The notes under the pieces are model-generated. The model was given only the letters and a program-made list of their open reading frames with translations, had not been told where the DNA came from and ran no database searches. The position numbers were made by a program, and so were the translations under genes. A stretch of 64,000 nucleotides of DNA, taken from Melioribacteraceae bacterium. Its GTDB lineage: Bacteria; Bacteroidota; Ignavibacteria; Ignavibacteriales; Melioribacteraceae. Below are positions 30,638 to 40,524 of this stretch, piece by piece (within the stretch, counting starts at the first letter, position 1; each line of letters begins with the position of its first letter). The stretch spans positions 24,359 through 88,358 of the forward strand of contig JAXHMN010000012.1 of the NCBI GenBank assembly GCA_034521465.1. The letters run 5' to 3'.

Positions 30638-31042
30638 TTATAATTTTTTTATCAAGTTGAGAATGTTTCTACCCTCTTTTCGCTCGTATGATATATCGTC
30701 GGTTTTTTGTTTTACAATATGAATTCCCAATCCGCCGATTTTTCTGTCTTCGAGTGATGCTTTAACATTTACTTCATTTTTTTTTAATGGATTAAATTCT
30801 TCTCCATCATCAATTGTTTGGATATTTATTGTATTGTTAGATTTTTCCAATACAATTTCAATTATATGCTTATCCTCATCGTCATATGCGTAATTGATAA
30901 TATTTGTAACAAGTTCATCAAGAATTAAATTCAATTCAAAGCTGGTCTTACTATCTAACCCATGCTCTTCACCGAACAGTTCTACAAACTCGGCAACTTT
31001 TTCCAAGTTCTCAATTCTATTTTGTATTGAAAGTTTTTTCAT
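30638..31042 (-). CDS. Anti-sigma regulatory factor, RsbW/SpoIIAB-like serine protein kinase (HATPase_c)
   Basis: 'LILDELVTNIINYAY' (N-box) and 'DDGEEFNP...GGLGIHIV' (G-boxes). Sits immediately upstream of the STAS gene. Confidence 0.8.
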   Translation of the reverse strand: MKKLSIQNRIENLEKVAEFVELFGEEHGLDSKTSFELNLILDELVTNIINYAYDDEDKHIIEIVLEKSNNTINIQTIDDGEEFNPLKKNEVNVKASLEDRKIGGLGIHIVKQKTDDISYERKEGRNILNLIKKL

Positions 31043-31289
31043 GAAAAATAAATATCGTTGTTGTAAATATATTTATTTTTATACAGATATATGTTTGTTT
31101 AGGATCAAGTTGATAACTGAATAAAAAGTAGATTAATCTATAATTGAAAAACTCAAGGAATGAAAAAAAATTATTCTCAATAATGGGGAATTTACGTATG
31201 GGTTAAGCCAGTCATTTAGAGATAACACCTAATTGAATGTTATTTATTATTATTTGTCTTTAGAAATATCTATATCTAATAGTTAGAAT

Positions 31290-31332
31290 TGTCAAAATAT
31301 TGACAGCAAACCTCTCACCTTCATCCTAAATT
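31290..31332 (+). promoter_or_regulatory. Palindromic operator TGTCAAAATATTGACA plus -10-like TAAATT (site P1)
   Basis: Palindrome 31290-31305, then 21 nt, then TAAATT 31327-31332. ATG of the downstream ORF is at 31370. Confidence 0.7.
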
Positions 31333-31369
31333 AGTTTTAGATTTTTCAATTACCCTAAAGGGAAACAGA

Positions 31370-31642
31370 ATGTCATTAAATTCAAAACAGAAAAAGGTTA
31401 TTTGGGCTGGATCATTAGTAGCCATTTTATCTTTAGTTGTTTGGTTCTTTACCGGTGGCGAAATATTTACTAAGACTCAAGTAATAGTTGAAAAGCATGA
31501 TGAACTTCTTGGTTCAACTTATAAAGAATGGCAGGATAAATTCATTCTTGGTTTAGACTATACTTTGGCATTCATTGCCGCAGTCTTTTTTATTTCGGTT
31601 ACTGCAATTATTTTATTGCGCGATAAGAAAAAAGAAAACTGA
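31370..31642 (+). CDS. Small two-TM membrane protein (hypothetical)
   Basis: 90 aa with two hydrophobic helices. AAAGGGA lies upstream of the ATG. First gene after operator P1. Confidence 0.4.
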   Translation: MSLNSKQKKVIWAGSLVAILSLVVWFFTGGEIFTKTQVIVEKHDELLGSTYKEWQDKFILGLDYTLAFIAAVFFISVTAIILLRDKKKEN

Positions 31643-31833
31643 ATAAAAGGATTTAATTATTACCTCCTTTTTTCAAATCGACCAATTGCCGACAATTTTA
31701 TAATAGAAAAATAGGCAGCCCACATATTGTCATCTTGATGGCAGTAAAAAATAAGTAGACTAAATATTTTAGTTACGGAAATGAATATGAAATTAACTTC
31801 GAAAAAAAATAAATTAATAATTGGAGGAAAGTT

Positions 31834-32391
31834 ATGTCACAATTCAAAATACACACAACAGAAACCGCACCGGAAGAATCAAAAGAATTGTTGCAAGGCG
31901 CAGAAAAGCAACTGGGATTTATCCCAAACTTATACGGAATAATGTCCGAAGCGCCTGCAGCATTAAACGCTTATAACGCCATTAGTCAAAATTTTGATTC
32001 ATCTTCGTTAAACTCAACGGAAAAGCAAGTTGTACTGCTTGCAACAAGTTTTGTTAATGAATGTCATTATTGTATGGCGGTACATTCAACGGTCGCACAA
32101 ATGCAGAAGATAGACGATGCAATTGTAAAGGCAATTAGAAACGGAGAAGCAATTGCCGATTCAAAATTAGAAGTACTGAGAAATTTTACTCAAACTGTTG
32201 TTGAAAAAAGAGGATGGATCTCGGAAGATGATGTTGAATCATTCTTATCTGCGGGATACACGAAAGCACAACTCTTGGAAGTGATTGTAGGAGTAGTTCA
32301 AAAGACTCTCAGCAATTACATTAACCATATTGTTAAAACTCCCCTCGATAAAGCATTCGAACCAAATAAGTGGGAAAAAGAAACAGTTTGA
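31834..32391 (+). CDS. Carboxymuconolactone decarboxylase / AhpD-like family protein
   Basis: GGAGG RBS. 'LLATSFVNECHYCMAVH' carries the CxxC motif of the AhpD-like fold. Confidence 0.85.
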   Translation: MSQFKIHTTETAPEESKELLQGAEKQLGFIPNLYGIMSEAPAALNAYNAISQNFDSSSLNSTEKQVVLLATSFVNECHYCMAVHSTVAQMQKIDDAIVKAIRNGEAIADSKLEVLRNFTQTVVEKRGWISEDDVESFLSAGYTKAQLLEVIVGVVQKTLSNYINHIVKTPLDKAFEPNKWEKETV

Positions 32392-32412
32392 AAAGTTTGT
32401 TTCCCAATTAAA

Positions 32413-32450
32413 CCTGCACAATTGTCAACTTATATTGTGCGGGTTTTTTT
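32413..32450 (+). terminator. Rho-independent terminator
   Basis: CCTGCACAAT (32413-32422) pairs with ATTGTGCGGG (32434-32443, one mismatch) and is followed by T7 (32444-32450). Confidence 0.8.
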
Positions 32451-32492
32451 GTTTCTTATCAGCTGTTAAGTGTTTTTCCAAAGTTTATCTAA

Positions 32493-32535
32493 TGTCAAAA
32501 TATTGACAGAAACCCCATCAACCGTCGCTTATCTT
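32493..32535 (+). promoter_or_regulatory. Palindromic operator TGTCAAAATATTGACA plus -10-like TATCTT (site P2)
   Basis: Palindrome 32493-32508, then 21 nt, then TATCTT 32530-32535. The yceI-like ATG is at 32598. Confidence 0.7.
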
Positions 32536-32597
32536 TAATTCAGAAATTAGAAAAAAAATCTATAACTCATCACAATAACAATCATAAAGGAGTAACA

Positions 32598-33227
32598 ATG
32601 AAAACATTTTCAAAACACGTAGTTTCTTTATTCTTACTATTAACCGTTGCACTCTCGGCTCAAACATTCACTGCTGATTCAGAGGACGGACGCAACCAAG
32701 CATCATTTACTTCCGATGCACCGTTTGAAAAAATTGTTGGTGTATCTAGCGGTTTAGATGCAACCGTGATGATCAACAAAGATGATATTACAAAATCGCC
32801 TAAAGGTATGGTAAAGGTTCCCATAGCAAATATAAAAACCGGTATCGATCTGAGAGATGAACACTTAAGAAGTAAAGATTGGTTGAATGCCGAAGAATAT
32901 CCGTATGCAGAGTTTCACTTAAAAGGAATTAAAAACCCCTCCTCTAAAAAATTAGTTGACGGGCAAAAAGTAAAAGCGACGCTCGTTGGTACATTTAGTG
33001 TACACGGGGTAAGCAAAGAAATTGAAGTTCCTGCTGAATTAACATATTTCGAAGAATCGGAAAGAACAAAAGCAAAAATGCCCGGTAATTTATTAGTTGC
33101 CAATGCAGATTTTAGTATCAAACTTTCTGACTTTGGAGTGGATGTACCTTCAATGGTAGTTGGAAAGGTAAGCGAAGAAGTTAAAATAACTACCAATTTT
33201 GTTGCAAGTGATGCAAATGGGGGATGA
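32598..33227 (+). CDS. YceI-family periplasmic (polyisoprenoid-binding-like) protein
   Basis: Signal peptide. 'SFTSDAPFEKIVGVS...IKTGIDLRDEHLRSKDWLNAEEYPYAEF...LVGTFSVHGVSKEI' is the YceI-like pattern. Confidence 0.85.
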   Translation: MKTFSKHVVSLFLLLTVALSAQTFTADSEDGRNQASFTSDAPFEKIVGVSSGLDATVMINKDDITKSPKGMVKVPIANIKTGIDLRDEHLRSKDWLNAEEYPYAEFHLKGIKNPSSKKLVDGQKVKATLVGTFSVHGVSKEIEVPAELTYFEESERTKAKMPGNLLVANADFSIKLSDFGVDVPSMVVGKVSEEVKITTNFVASDANGG

Positions 33228-33364
33228 ATCCTTGCGGAACTTGTAATCCTTGTGCTGCCGGAAACCCTTGCGAAATGAAGATGGAAAGCAAATGTAATCC
33301 TTGCTCAATGAAGAAAAGCAATCCTTGCAATCCGTGTGCGATGAAAAAAGATGGTAATTCATAA
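33224..33364 (+). CDS. 46-aa Cys-rich micro-protein with six N-P-C repeats
   Basis: Its ATG overlaps the yceI-like TGA (ATGA). Translation: MNPCGTCNPCAAGNPCEMKMESKCNPCSMKKSNPCNPCAMKKDGNS. The AAyCCnTGy units start at 33227, 33245, 33263, 33296, 33320 and 33329, all in one frame. Below the 60-aa cutoff of the ORF track. Confidence 0.5.
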   Translation: MNPCGTCNPCAAGNPCEMKMESKCNPCSMKKSNPCNPCAMKKDGNS

Positions 33365-33386
33365 AAAATTATAAAAAGCAATAAGA

Positions 33387-33482
33387 GGGTGACTCAAAAG
33401 TAAAGATATTGATATGGTTGGAACACAGATACCGCTAATTTTTACAGATTTTTTATTTGAATTTTACTTTTGAGACATCCCC
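33387..33482. repeat. Nested-palindrome intergenic repeat, copy E2
   Basis: CTCAAAAGTAAA (33393-33404) pairs perfectly with TTTACTTTTGAG (33463-33474), and the arms extend imperfectly (GGGTGA.../...ACATCCCC). The interior 'GAACACAGATACCGCTAATTTTTACAGATTTT' resembles 14831-14862. Confidence 0.65.
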
Positions 33483-33506
33483 GTCTTATTAAAATGGATT
33501 AAGAAA

Positions 33507-34187
33507 ATGAAAAGAAGACAATTTTTTAAAACCGGTTTTGTTTTGATTGCCGCCTTTGCGGCAAGCTCTAAATTGACGCTTGTTAACGCAGCAGAACAAA
33601 CTTCAAACTTTGTAAAAGATTATAAAGCAAAAATTCTAGAGATAATTAAAAATTTGAAAGCAGAAGGAACAAATCTGGTTACAAAAATAATGAACGAAAA
33701 GGAATATGAGTTTGATCCTTATACACACTATCCATACGATGGCGGTATTAAAGACGACTTAACCGGTTGCCAGTTATTTTTCCATGCTCACCGGGAAGAC
33801 GAATACGGACACTTTCATACATTCGCAACCGATGATGATGGAAAACTTGTTCATCTTGTTTTAATTTCTATGAATGAAAAGGGAGAGCTAATTGGACTTG
33901 CTACGGTTAATAGATGGGTGACCGGCGATAAATTTGTTAAAGCCGATAAATTAAAACAGCTTGCTTCTGATTTTTATATGGACCCTTCATTATATAAAGA
34001 TCAAAGGGTCATTCAATTTGTAAACAGCGTCTTCAAAGCATACCGCAACGAAATTGAAGCAATTTTTGACGAAAGGGATAAGTGGATAAATAATTATGCA
34101 AGAAAATACTACCGCGAACCATTTGAAGACAGAGATCACGAGATTCTCTCTCATAAAAAAGTTATTTTAGCTGATAACTCAAACTGA
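33507..34187 (+). CDS. Tat-signal exported protein (hypothetical)
   Basis: 'MKRRQFFKTGFVLIAAFAASS' is a twin-arginine signal. His-rich core 'FFHAHREDEYGHFHTF'. No family recognised. Confidence 0.5.
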   Translation: MKRRQFFKTGFVLIAAFAASSKLTLVNAAEQTSNFVKDYKAKILEIIKNLKAEGTNLVTKIMNEKEYEFDPYTHYPYDGGIKDDLTGCQLFFHAHREDEYGHFHTFATDDDGKLVHLVLISMNEKGELIGLATVNRWVTGDKFVKADKLKQLASDFYMDPSLYKDQRVIQFVNSVFKAYRNEIEAIFDERDKWINNYARKYYREPFEDRDHEILSHKKVILADNSN

Positions 34188-34479
34188 TCTGAAGCTATGT
34201 ATTAAACTGTCAATTGAGCTTCCCGCGATTGTAAATCTATTGGTTTTGAGTTGTTTGGTTTTATCAAAAGAAAAATTATGTAAAATAATGATCGGTTATA
34301 GTGAGTGCTATTATAACTTTAGTTACCTTACTTACTTTATATAGTTTTTCGTAATGTAATATTCAAAAAAAATCAGTTTGGTTTGGATTAAAAAATTGCC
34401 GCTATCTCCGGTTTATTCTTTAATAATAGTTTTGTCGTATTTATGCAAAGAGGTAAAAATTTGAAAAAGGAAGATTAGC

Positions 34480-35067
34480 ATGACAACAGCATCGTCAACA
34501 AGTGTATTATTCATTCCGGATATATCAGGGTTTTCAAAATTCGTTAATGATATGGAAATTCTTCACGGGCAAGAGATAACCGCTGAATTACTTGAAGAGA
34601 TAATTAATGCCGAGGAACTGGGATTTGAAATATCCGAAATCGAGGGAGACGCCGTACTTTTCTATAAAATTGGCGATCCAATTTCGATTGAGGAGATTTA
34701 TAACCAATCACTAAAAATTCTTCAGAGATTTCATAAGAAAAAATTGGAAGTTCAGGAAAAGCGTATCTGCGAATGTAACGCCTGCCAATCTGTTAATAAT
34801 TTAACACTCAAATTCATCCTTCATTTCGATAATATTGAATTGATTAACGTAAATCGATTTAAAAAACTTTACGGCAAAGGTGTGATTCTTGCTCATCGAT
34901 TGATGAAAAATGATGTTAAAGAAAAAGAGTATATAATATTTACTAAAAATTATCCCAACTCTGAAAAAACAAATAAAGAAATTTTTGAAGTCTGCCCGAT
35001 CAAACAGAACCTTGAAGGAATTGGAGATGTTGACTGCCAATATATTAAGCTGAATCTTCCAAACTAA
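34480..35067 (+). CDS. DUF2652-like protein (nucleotide cyclase-like fold)
   Basis: 'VLFIPDISGFSKFVNDMEILHGQEITAELLEEII...EIEGDAVLFYK' matches my recollection of the DUF2652 N-terminal pattern. Confidence 0.5.
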   Translation: MTTASSTSVLFIPDISGFSKFVNDMEILHGQEITAELLEEIINAEELGFEISEIEGDAVLFYKIGDPISIEEIYNQSLKILQRFHKKKLEVQEKRICECNACQSVNNLTLKFILHFDNIELINVNRFKKLYGKGVILAHRLMKNDVKEKEYIIFTKNYPNSEKTNKEIFEVCPIKQNLEGIGDVDCQYIKLNLPN

Positions 35068-35079
35068 ATAAACATAAAT

Positions 35080-37567
35080 ATGAATCCGATTAAAAAATAT
35101 TTCAATTGGCTGCAGAAAGATAATCCTACCGGCGAAGTAGAAAAGTATCCCGAAATTGATGAACATGGTGAAACATCTCTTAAGGGTGTTTACATTAGCG
35201 GTGATCTTACCGGCATTCCCTTATTAAAATTTGCGGCGGAAAACGGCAAGGAAGTTATTGATCGTTTTATGGCTGATGATGAATACAAAAAATTATTGAA
35301 GGAAAAATCATCCGAAGATGTCTATGATCTGATTATCATTGGCGCCGGTATTTCGGGCATATCTGCCGGACTGGAAGCGAAGAAGCACGATTTGAATTTT
35401 ACGATACTTGAGTCCTCCGAGAAGTTTCAAACAATTTGCAATTTTCCAAAAGGAAAACCGATATATGCCGAACCCGATGATCTTCACCAGAAAGCGGAAT
35501 TGAAAATCGATGACGGCACAAAGGAATCATTGCTCGATGATCTTCACTCACAAATACAAGGTACAGATCTTAATATTCATGAAGGTGTTGAAGTAAAAGA
35601 ACTCTCTCGTAAAGATAATTTAATAGAAATAAAAACGAATACTGAAACTTTTAAGTCGGCTAAGAGTTCTTCTGGCGATTGGTAAATCGGGCAATCCGCG
35701 TGAACTGAACGTACCGGGAAAAGATAAAGGAAAAGTCTTTAACAGGTTATTCGATCCTGAAGACGCCAAGGGAGAAAAAGTTTTGGTAGTGGGCGGAGGA
35801 GATTCGGCTCTTGAAACAGCAATTGCAACTTCGGAACATGCTGAATCAGTTACTTTCTCATACCGCGGTGACAGTTTCACCAGACCGAAAGAAAACAACA
35901 AAGAAAAATTAGAACAGCTTGTTAATGAAGGTAAAATTGATCTTCGTCTGGAAACAAATGTTAAAGAGATCAAAGATGATTCAGTAATTCTTGTTGATAA
36001 AGAGGGTAATGAAAAAGAATTTGAAAACACTGTCGTATTTACAATGCTCGGCCGCGAGCTGCCGGTAGAATTTTTTAAGCGAAGCGGAATTAAAATGGAA
36101 GGCGAGTTGTCGCTCACGGCAAAATTACAGTTTGCTCTTCTGTTACTCTTTTCCACCGTCCTCTATTTCGGAAAAAGCAGCGCTGATTTTTACGAAAGTT
36201 TTTTCGGTAAAGTCGATTCATGGGGAACAGTTTTTACTAGCATTTTCAGCGGAGAATTCTGGTATAAATTTATTTCACTTCCCGAAGTTCTCTTTTCCGC
36301 GTTGTTCTCGGATTCGGTTAGGATTTGGAACGTAACGAAGTATATTAATGCAACAATTGCCTACTTCTCGTTTATAGCATTTTTCCTGCTCGGAGTTTAC
36401 CTCCTATATAAATTTATACGGGATTATGCTCCCAAAATTAAATTAAACTGGCAGACATTCAAGTATGCGTATTTTATATCTCTCGGTATCTTCTTTGCAG
36501 TCATCTTTTTTGGCGGAAGATATTACGGTGTAGAGTTACTCGGAAAGTCGCAAGGATTTTGGTACACCGGTTTTTATTCGCTGACAATTTTATTATTCGG
36601 TCTCAGAAGGATGCATGTAAAACCTACGCGTTATATCAAACTTCAGACATGGACGTTAATCCTTATTCAAGCCCTTCCACTCTTTATATTACCCGAATTT
36701 ATTTTTCCTTTCTTGGGAAAAATAGGCGCGCTTGGCGGAGAAAACGGTTTCGTGTTTACTCAAGTTTTTCCTAAAGAAAGTTACTGGAGATCATACGGAT
36801 TTATTTTAGCTTGGCCTCTTAATTTTTATAATCTCTATAATTCCAATATCACAACTTTCTGGCTGGTCTTTAGTATCATTCAAACATTTGTGATTATTCC
36901 CTACATAGTTTATAGATGGGGCAAAGGCGCTTATTGCGGATGGATATGTTCATGCGGTGCTTTAGCGGAAACACTCGGCGATGAATATAGAACTCTTGCA
37001 CCACACGGACCAAAGGCGAAAAAATGGGAAAACTTTGGGCAGTGGGCGTTACTCGCAGCTTTTGTAATTACCGGGCTGAAATTAATTTCGGTTCTATATA
37101 ATATTCCAATTCCAATAATTAATGAAAAAGTTTCTTACGCAGCCGACTTTCTTCATAAATTCTATTATATCGGGATTGATGTAATCTTTGCCGGAGTGCT
37201 TGGCGTAGGCGTTTACTTTTTTATGAGCGGAAGAGTTTGGTGCCGTTTCGGATGCCCGCTTGCCGCTTGGATGCATATTGTAAATCGTTTTACACGTTAT
37301 AGAATATTTGCCGATAAGAAGAAATGTATCTCATGTAACATCTGTACGAAAGTTTGTCACATGGGAATTGATGTAATGAATTATGCAAACAAAGGTATCC
37401 CGATGAATGATGTTGAATGCGTCCGTTGTTCCGCATGCGTTGTTAATTGCCCGACCGATGTTCTATCATTTGGAAGTTTACCTAAAGCCGATCCCGATAA
37501 TGAACTATATAAAAAAATAGAAATACCTGTTCTTAATCATGATGATTGGAAAAGCGGATTAAGGTAA
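35080..37567 (+). CDS. FAD/NAD(P)-dependent pyridine-nucleotide-disulfide-type oxidoreductase fused to a polytopic membrane 4Fe-4S (polyferredoxin-like) domain; one apparent frameshift near 35655-35665
   Basis: 'YDLIIIGAGISGISAG' and (next frame) 'RVLLAIGKSGNPRELNVPGK...KVLVVGGGDSALE' are the two dinucleotide-binding motifs. ~8 TM helices follow. C-terminal 'CISCNICTKVC...CVRCSACVVNCP' are two 4Fe-4S ferredoxin motifs. Confidence 0.75.
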
Positions 37568-37570
37568 TCA

Positions 37571-38924
37571 ATGAGTGTTAAATATTCAGTTATTATTCCT
37601 ACATTAAATGAAGAACTATATCTAGAAAACACTCTTCAAAGCCTAAGTGGATTCTGTGAATTATGAGATAATAATTTCAGACGGGGGAAGCAACGATGAT
37701 ACTTCTAAAATTGCGGAAAAGTTTAATGCAAAAATCGTAAACTCTGAAGCCGGAAGAGGAATACAATTAAATAAAGGAATTGATGCGGCAAATGGTGAAA
37801 TACTTTGCTTTCTTCATGCCGACACTGCTTTGCCGGATAATGCTTTTGAATTATTAGAAGAATTTTTTCAGGATATTGAAAATAAAATATGCCGATTCAA
37901 ACTAGGTTTTGATGTCGATCATAGAGTGCTAAACTGTTACGGATATTTTTCTAAATTCGATACGCTTTTTACAAGATTCGGCGACACGTTTATAGCGGCA
38001 AGAAATGATTTCGTTGAGGAAATCGGGAGTTTTCCGAACTGGAAAAATTTTGAAGATGTTAAATTTCTCCGGGAAGCATCAAAGAGAAGCAAAGTATTTG
38101 TTCTGGATCAGGAGGTTGTTTCCTCTGCAAGAACGTTTGTTAAATATGGCTTGGTTGGGCAGCAGTTAATCAGTATTAATTATTTCGTAAAGTACCTTCT
38201 TGGTCAGAGGAAATTTATTAAAGAAGGTAGTTATTACAAAAGAAAGATGAAAAAAGTAACTGCGTCAATAATATTGTTTGTTAAATATCCGGTTGAAGGA
38301 AATGTAAAAACCAGGTTGGCTAAAACAATTGGAAATGCAAAAGCCGCAAAGATTTATTCATTGCTCGCGGAAAATATAATAACAAACATTAAAAAAATGA
38401 CGAATACCTACAATTATCTATTTTACTCTAATTCTTCGGAAAAGGAGAAAATCAAAAAGTGGATAAAAGGAAATTTCTTTTACGCGCCGCAGAAAGGAAA
38501 CGGACTCGGTGAAAGAATGAGTAATGCATTCAGACTTGTATTCGGTCATGGTGCAAAAAAAGTTTTGATAATCGGAACAGATATTCCCGGACTATCAACT
38601 GAAATTATTAAGGAAGCAGTTACAAAATTAGATGAATACGATGCTGTAATCGGACCATCGCCCGACGGTGGTTATTATCTTTTGGGAATGAAAAGATTTA
38701 TTCCCGAACTCTTTGAAAATATTACTTACAGCACCGATTCAGTTTTTGAAGAGACAATCAAAAAAATAAAGAATGAAAATCTTACTTATTCTCTTCTAAA
38801 CACAAAAGAAGATATTGATACGGAAGATGAATTGAAAAATTGGTTAAATAATTCCAAAGACACACAACTTAAAAAGGAAATATCTGAAATATACTTTCAG
38901 AATTATGAAAGGAATCTGGTTTGA
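37571..38924 (+). CDS. Fusion of a GT2 glycosyltransferase (TIGR04283-like) with a DUF2064 nucleotidyl-transferase-like domain (TIGR04282-like); apparent frameshift near 37645-37655
   Basis: 'YSVIIPTLNEE' ... 'EIIISDGGSNDDT...GRGIQLNKG...ILCFLHADTALP...VVSSARTF', then with no stop 'ASIILFVKYPVEGNVKTRLA...IIGTDIPGL...VIGPSPDGGYYLLG'. Confidence 0.75.
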
Positions 38925-39685
38925 GAAAATATTTTATATCAGTTATTGTAATTATATTATTTTATACTAATTCTTATTCGCAAGATCACCAACTCTTTAC
39001 CGAAATTCTTCAAGATTATGTGAAGTACGGATTAGTCGATTATAAAAATTTGGAAGATGACAAAAGACTTGCCCAATATCTCGATCAACTTTCTGTTGTT
39101 AATCCCGGTGATTTATCAAAAAAAGAACAACTAGCATTTTGGATTAATGTTTACAATGCTTTTACACTTAAAATTATTTGCGATAATTATCCTTTGGGAA
39201 GTATTACCGATCTTCATACCGGCGGAAGAATTATTGGACATATTCTTGGGCAGACGGTTTGGGACAAAGAGTATATTAAAATTAACGGCAGCGAGTATAA
39301 TCTAAATGAAATAGAACATGAAATATTAAGAAAAATGGATGAACCACGAATTCATTTTGCAATTGTCTGTGCTTCCATAAGCTGCCCCGAACTTAGAAAT
39401 GAAGCTTTCGAAGCAGACAAACTTGAAATTCAATTAGAAGAACAGACGCAAAGATTTATAAACGATCCTTCGCGCAACTCTTTTGATTTGGGAAATCGTG
39501 AAGCTGAAATATCCGAGATTTTCAACTGGTTTGATGAAGATTTCGGTGATTCGGAAGAAGAAGTTTTAATTTTTATATCAGATTATCTTACCGATGAAAT
39601 TGCGTCAGAGATAAAAGATAATTTCAGTGAATGGGATATATCTTATATGGATTATGATTGGGGATTGAATGAATATAAAGATTGA
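38921..39685 (+). CDS. DUF547-domain protein
   Basis: 'EQLAFWINVYNAFTLKII...RIHFAIVCASISCPELRNEAF' is the DUF547 signature. Overlaps the upstream stop by 4 nt. Confidence 0.8.
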   Translation: MRKYFISVIVIILFYTNSYSQDHQLFTEILQDYVKYGLVDYKNLEDDKRLAQYLDQLSVVNPGDLSKKEQLAFWINVYNAFTLKIICDNYPLGSITDLHTGGRIIGHILGQTVWDKEYIKINGSEYNLNEIEHEILRKMDEPRIHFAIVCASISCPELRNEAFEADKLEIQLEEQTQRFINDPSRNSFDLGNREAEISEIFNWFDEDFGDSEEEVLIFISDYLTDEIASEIKDNFSEWDISYMDYDWGLNEYKD

Positions 39686-39756
39686 TTATCAAAAACTATT
39701 TCAATCTGTCTATAAATTGACACAATAATCTTTCAAAGAATCATAAGTTTCAAATT

Positions 39757-40485
39757 ATGTTAACAGCAACTTACAGAACAAATCGTGCAATAGTATTATT
39801 TATTAAGAACGAAAAGATAAGAAACCCAAAAATCTTTAGTTCACGGGTAGCTTATGATCTGTTCAATACGAAAATTGAAAAATTGGTTGCTCAAGTAAAA
39901 GATAAAATAGATGTCGATATAATTCTCTGTTCCGATGATCCTTCTTTAATTAAATCAAATAAGTTTATTAGACAAACCGGTAAATCATTTGACGAAAAAT
40001 TTAATAATGCAATTGACAAAACGTTTCAATTAGGTTACGATGAAATAATAATCACCGGTAATGATTCTCCGGATCTTACCTCTCAACATATAATTGAATC
40101 CTTCGTCAATATTTCCAATGAAAAAATTGTTGTCGGTCCCTCGTACGACGGCGGTATCTATCTTCTTGGATTGGCAAAAAAATCATTTGAATCAAAGATA
40201 AAAGCGAGATGGAATACTTCTCATGTTAAAAATGATATTTTAAATGTATTCCGTGATAAAGAAGTATTATTACTGGATCATCTTTACGATATAGATAATG
40301 AAAAAGATCTTATCAGTTGGTTTTCAACAAAATCAAAGTCCGCAATATTATTTCAAAAGTTAGTTAAAGCGGAGACTGCAGTAAAACAAAAAGACCGTTT
40401 AACACACCACACAAATTCAACCGAACAAAACATTTTCAGAATCCACACACAAAAAGCTCCGCCCCATATAATTTCTTTCGTGTAA
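39757..40485 (+). CDS. Second DUF2064-like protein
   Basis: 'AIVLFIKNEK...IIITGNDSPDLTSQHI...VVGPSYDGGIYLLGL' parallels the second half of 37571-38924. Confidence 0.55.
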   Translation: MLTATYRTNRAIVLFIKNEKIRNPKIFSSRVAYDLFNTKIEKLVAQVKDKIDVDIILCSDDPSLIKSNKFIRQTGKSFDEKFNNAIDKTFQLGYDEIIITGNDSPDLTSQHIIESFVNISNEKIVVGPSYDGGIYLLGLAKKSFESKIKARWNTSHVKNDILNVFRDKEVLLLDHLYDIDNEKDLISWFSTKSKSAILFQKLVKAETAVKQKDRLTHHTNSTEQNIFRIHTQKAPPHIISFV

Positions 40486-40524
40486 GCAGTCATTCCATTT
40501 TTACATATTGATTGGGGAAATTAG

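Noticed and set aside
31300-31305. The TTGACA half of the palindrome as an ordinary sigma-70 -35 box, which would make the five sites just strong promoters.
   Set aside because: The spacer to the only plausible -10 hexamer is 21 nt in all five cases, well outside the 16-18 nt window. The upstream half-site TGTCAA is equally conserved, which a -35 box would not require.
33150-33381. Minus-strand ORFs 33150-33362 and 33190-33381 ('...QGLQGLLFF...QGFPAAQGLQVPQGF...') as the true coding strand over the NPC repeat.
   Set aside because: They are the antisense reading of the same 9-nt repeat, have no upstream partner gene or RBS, and run against the operon direction. The + frame has the ATGA stop/start overlap with the yceI-like gene.
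35620-35790. Selenocysteine (in-frame TGA) or programmed ribosomal frameshifting as an explanation for this and the other split genes. This was attractive because the neighbouring transferases were originally called 'selenodomain-associated'.
   Set aside because: The breaks are changes of reading frame, not in-frame TGA codons. No slippery heptamer plus pseudoknot or SECIS-like hairpin is evident. The same phenomenon affects about 15 unrelated genes.
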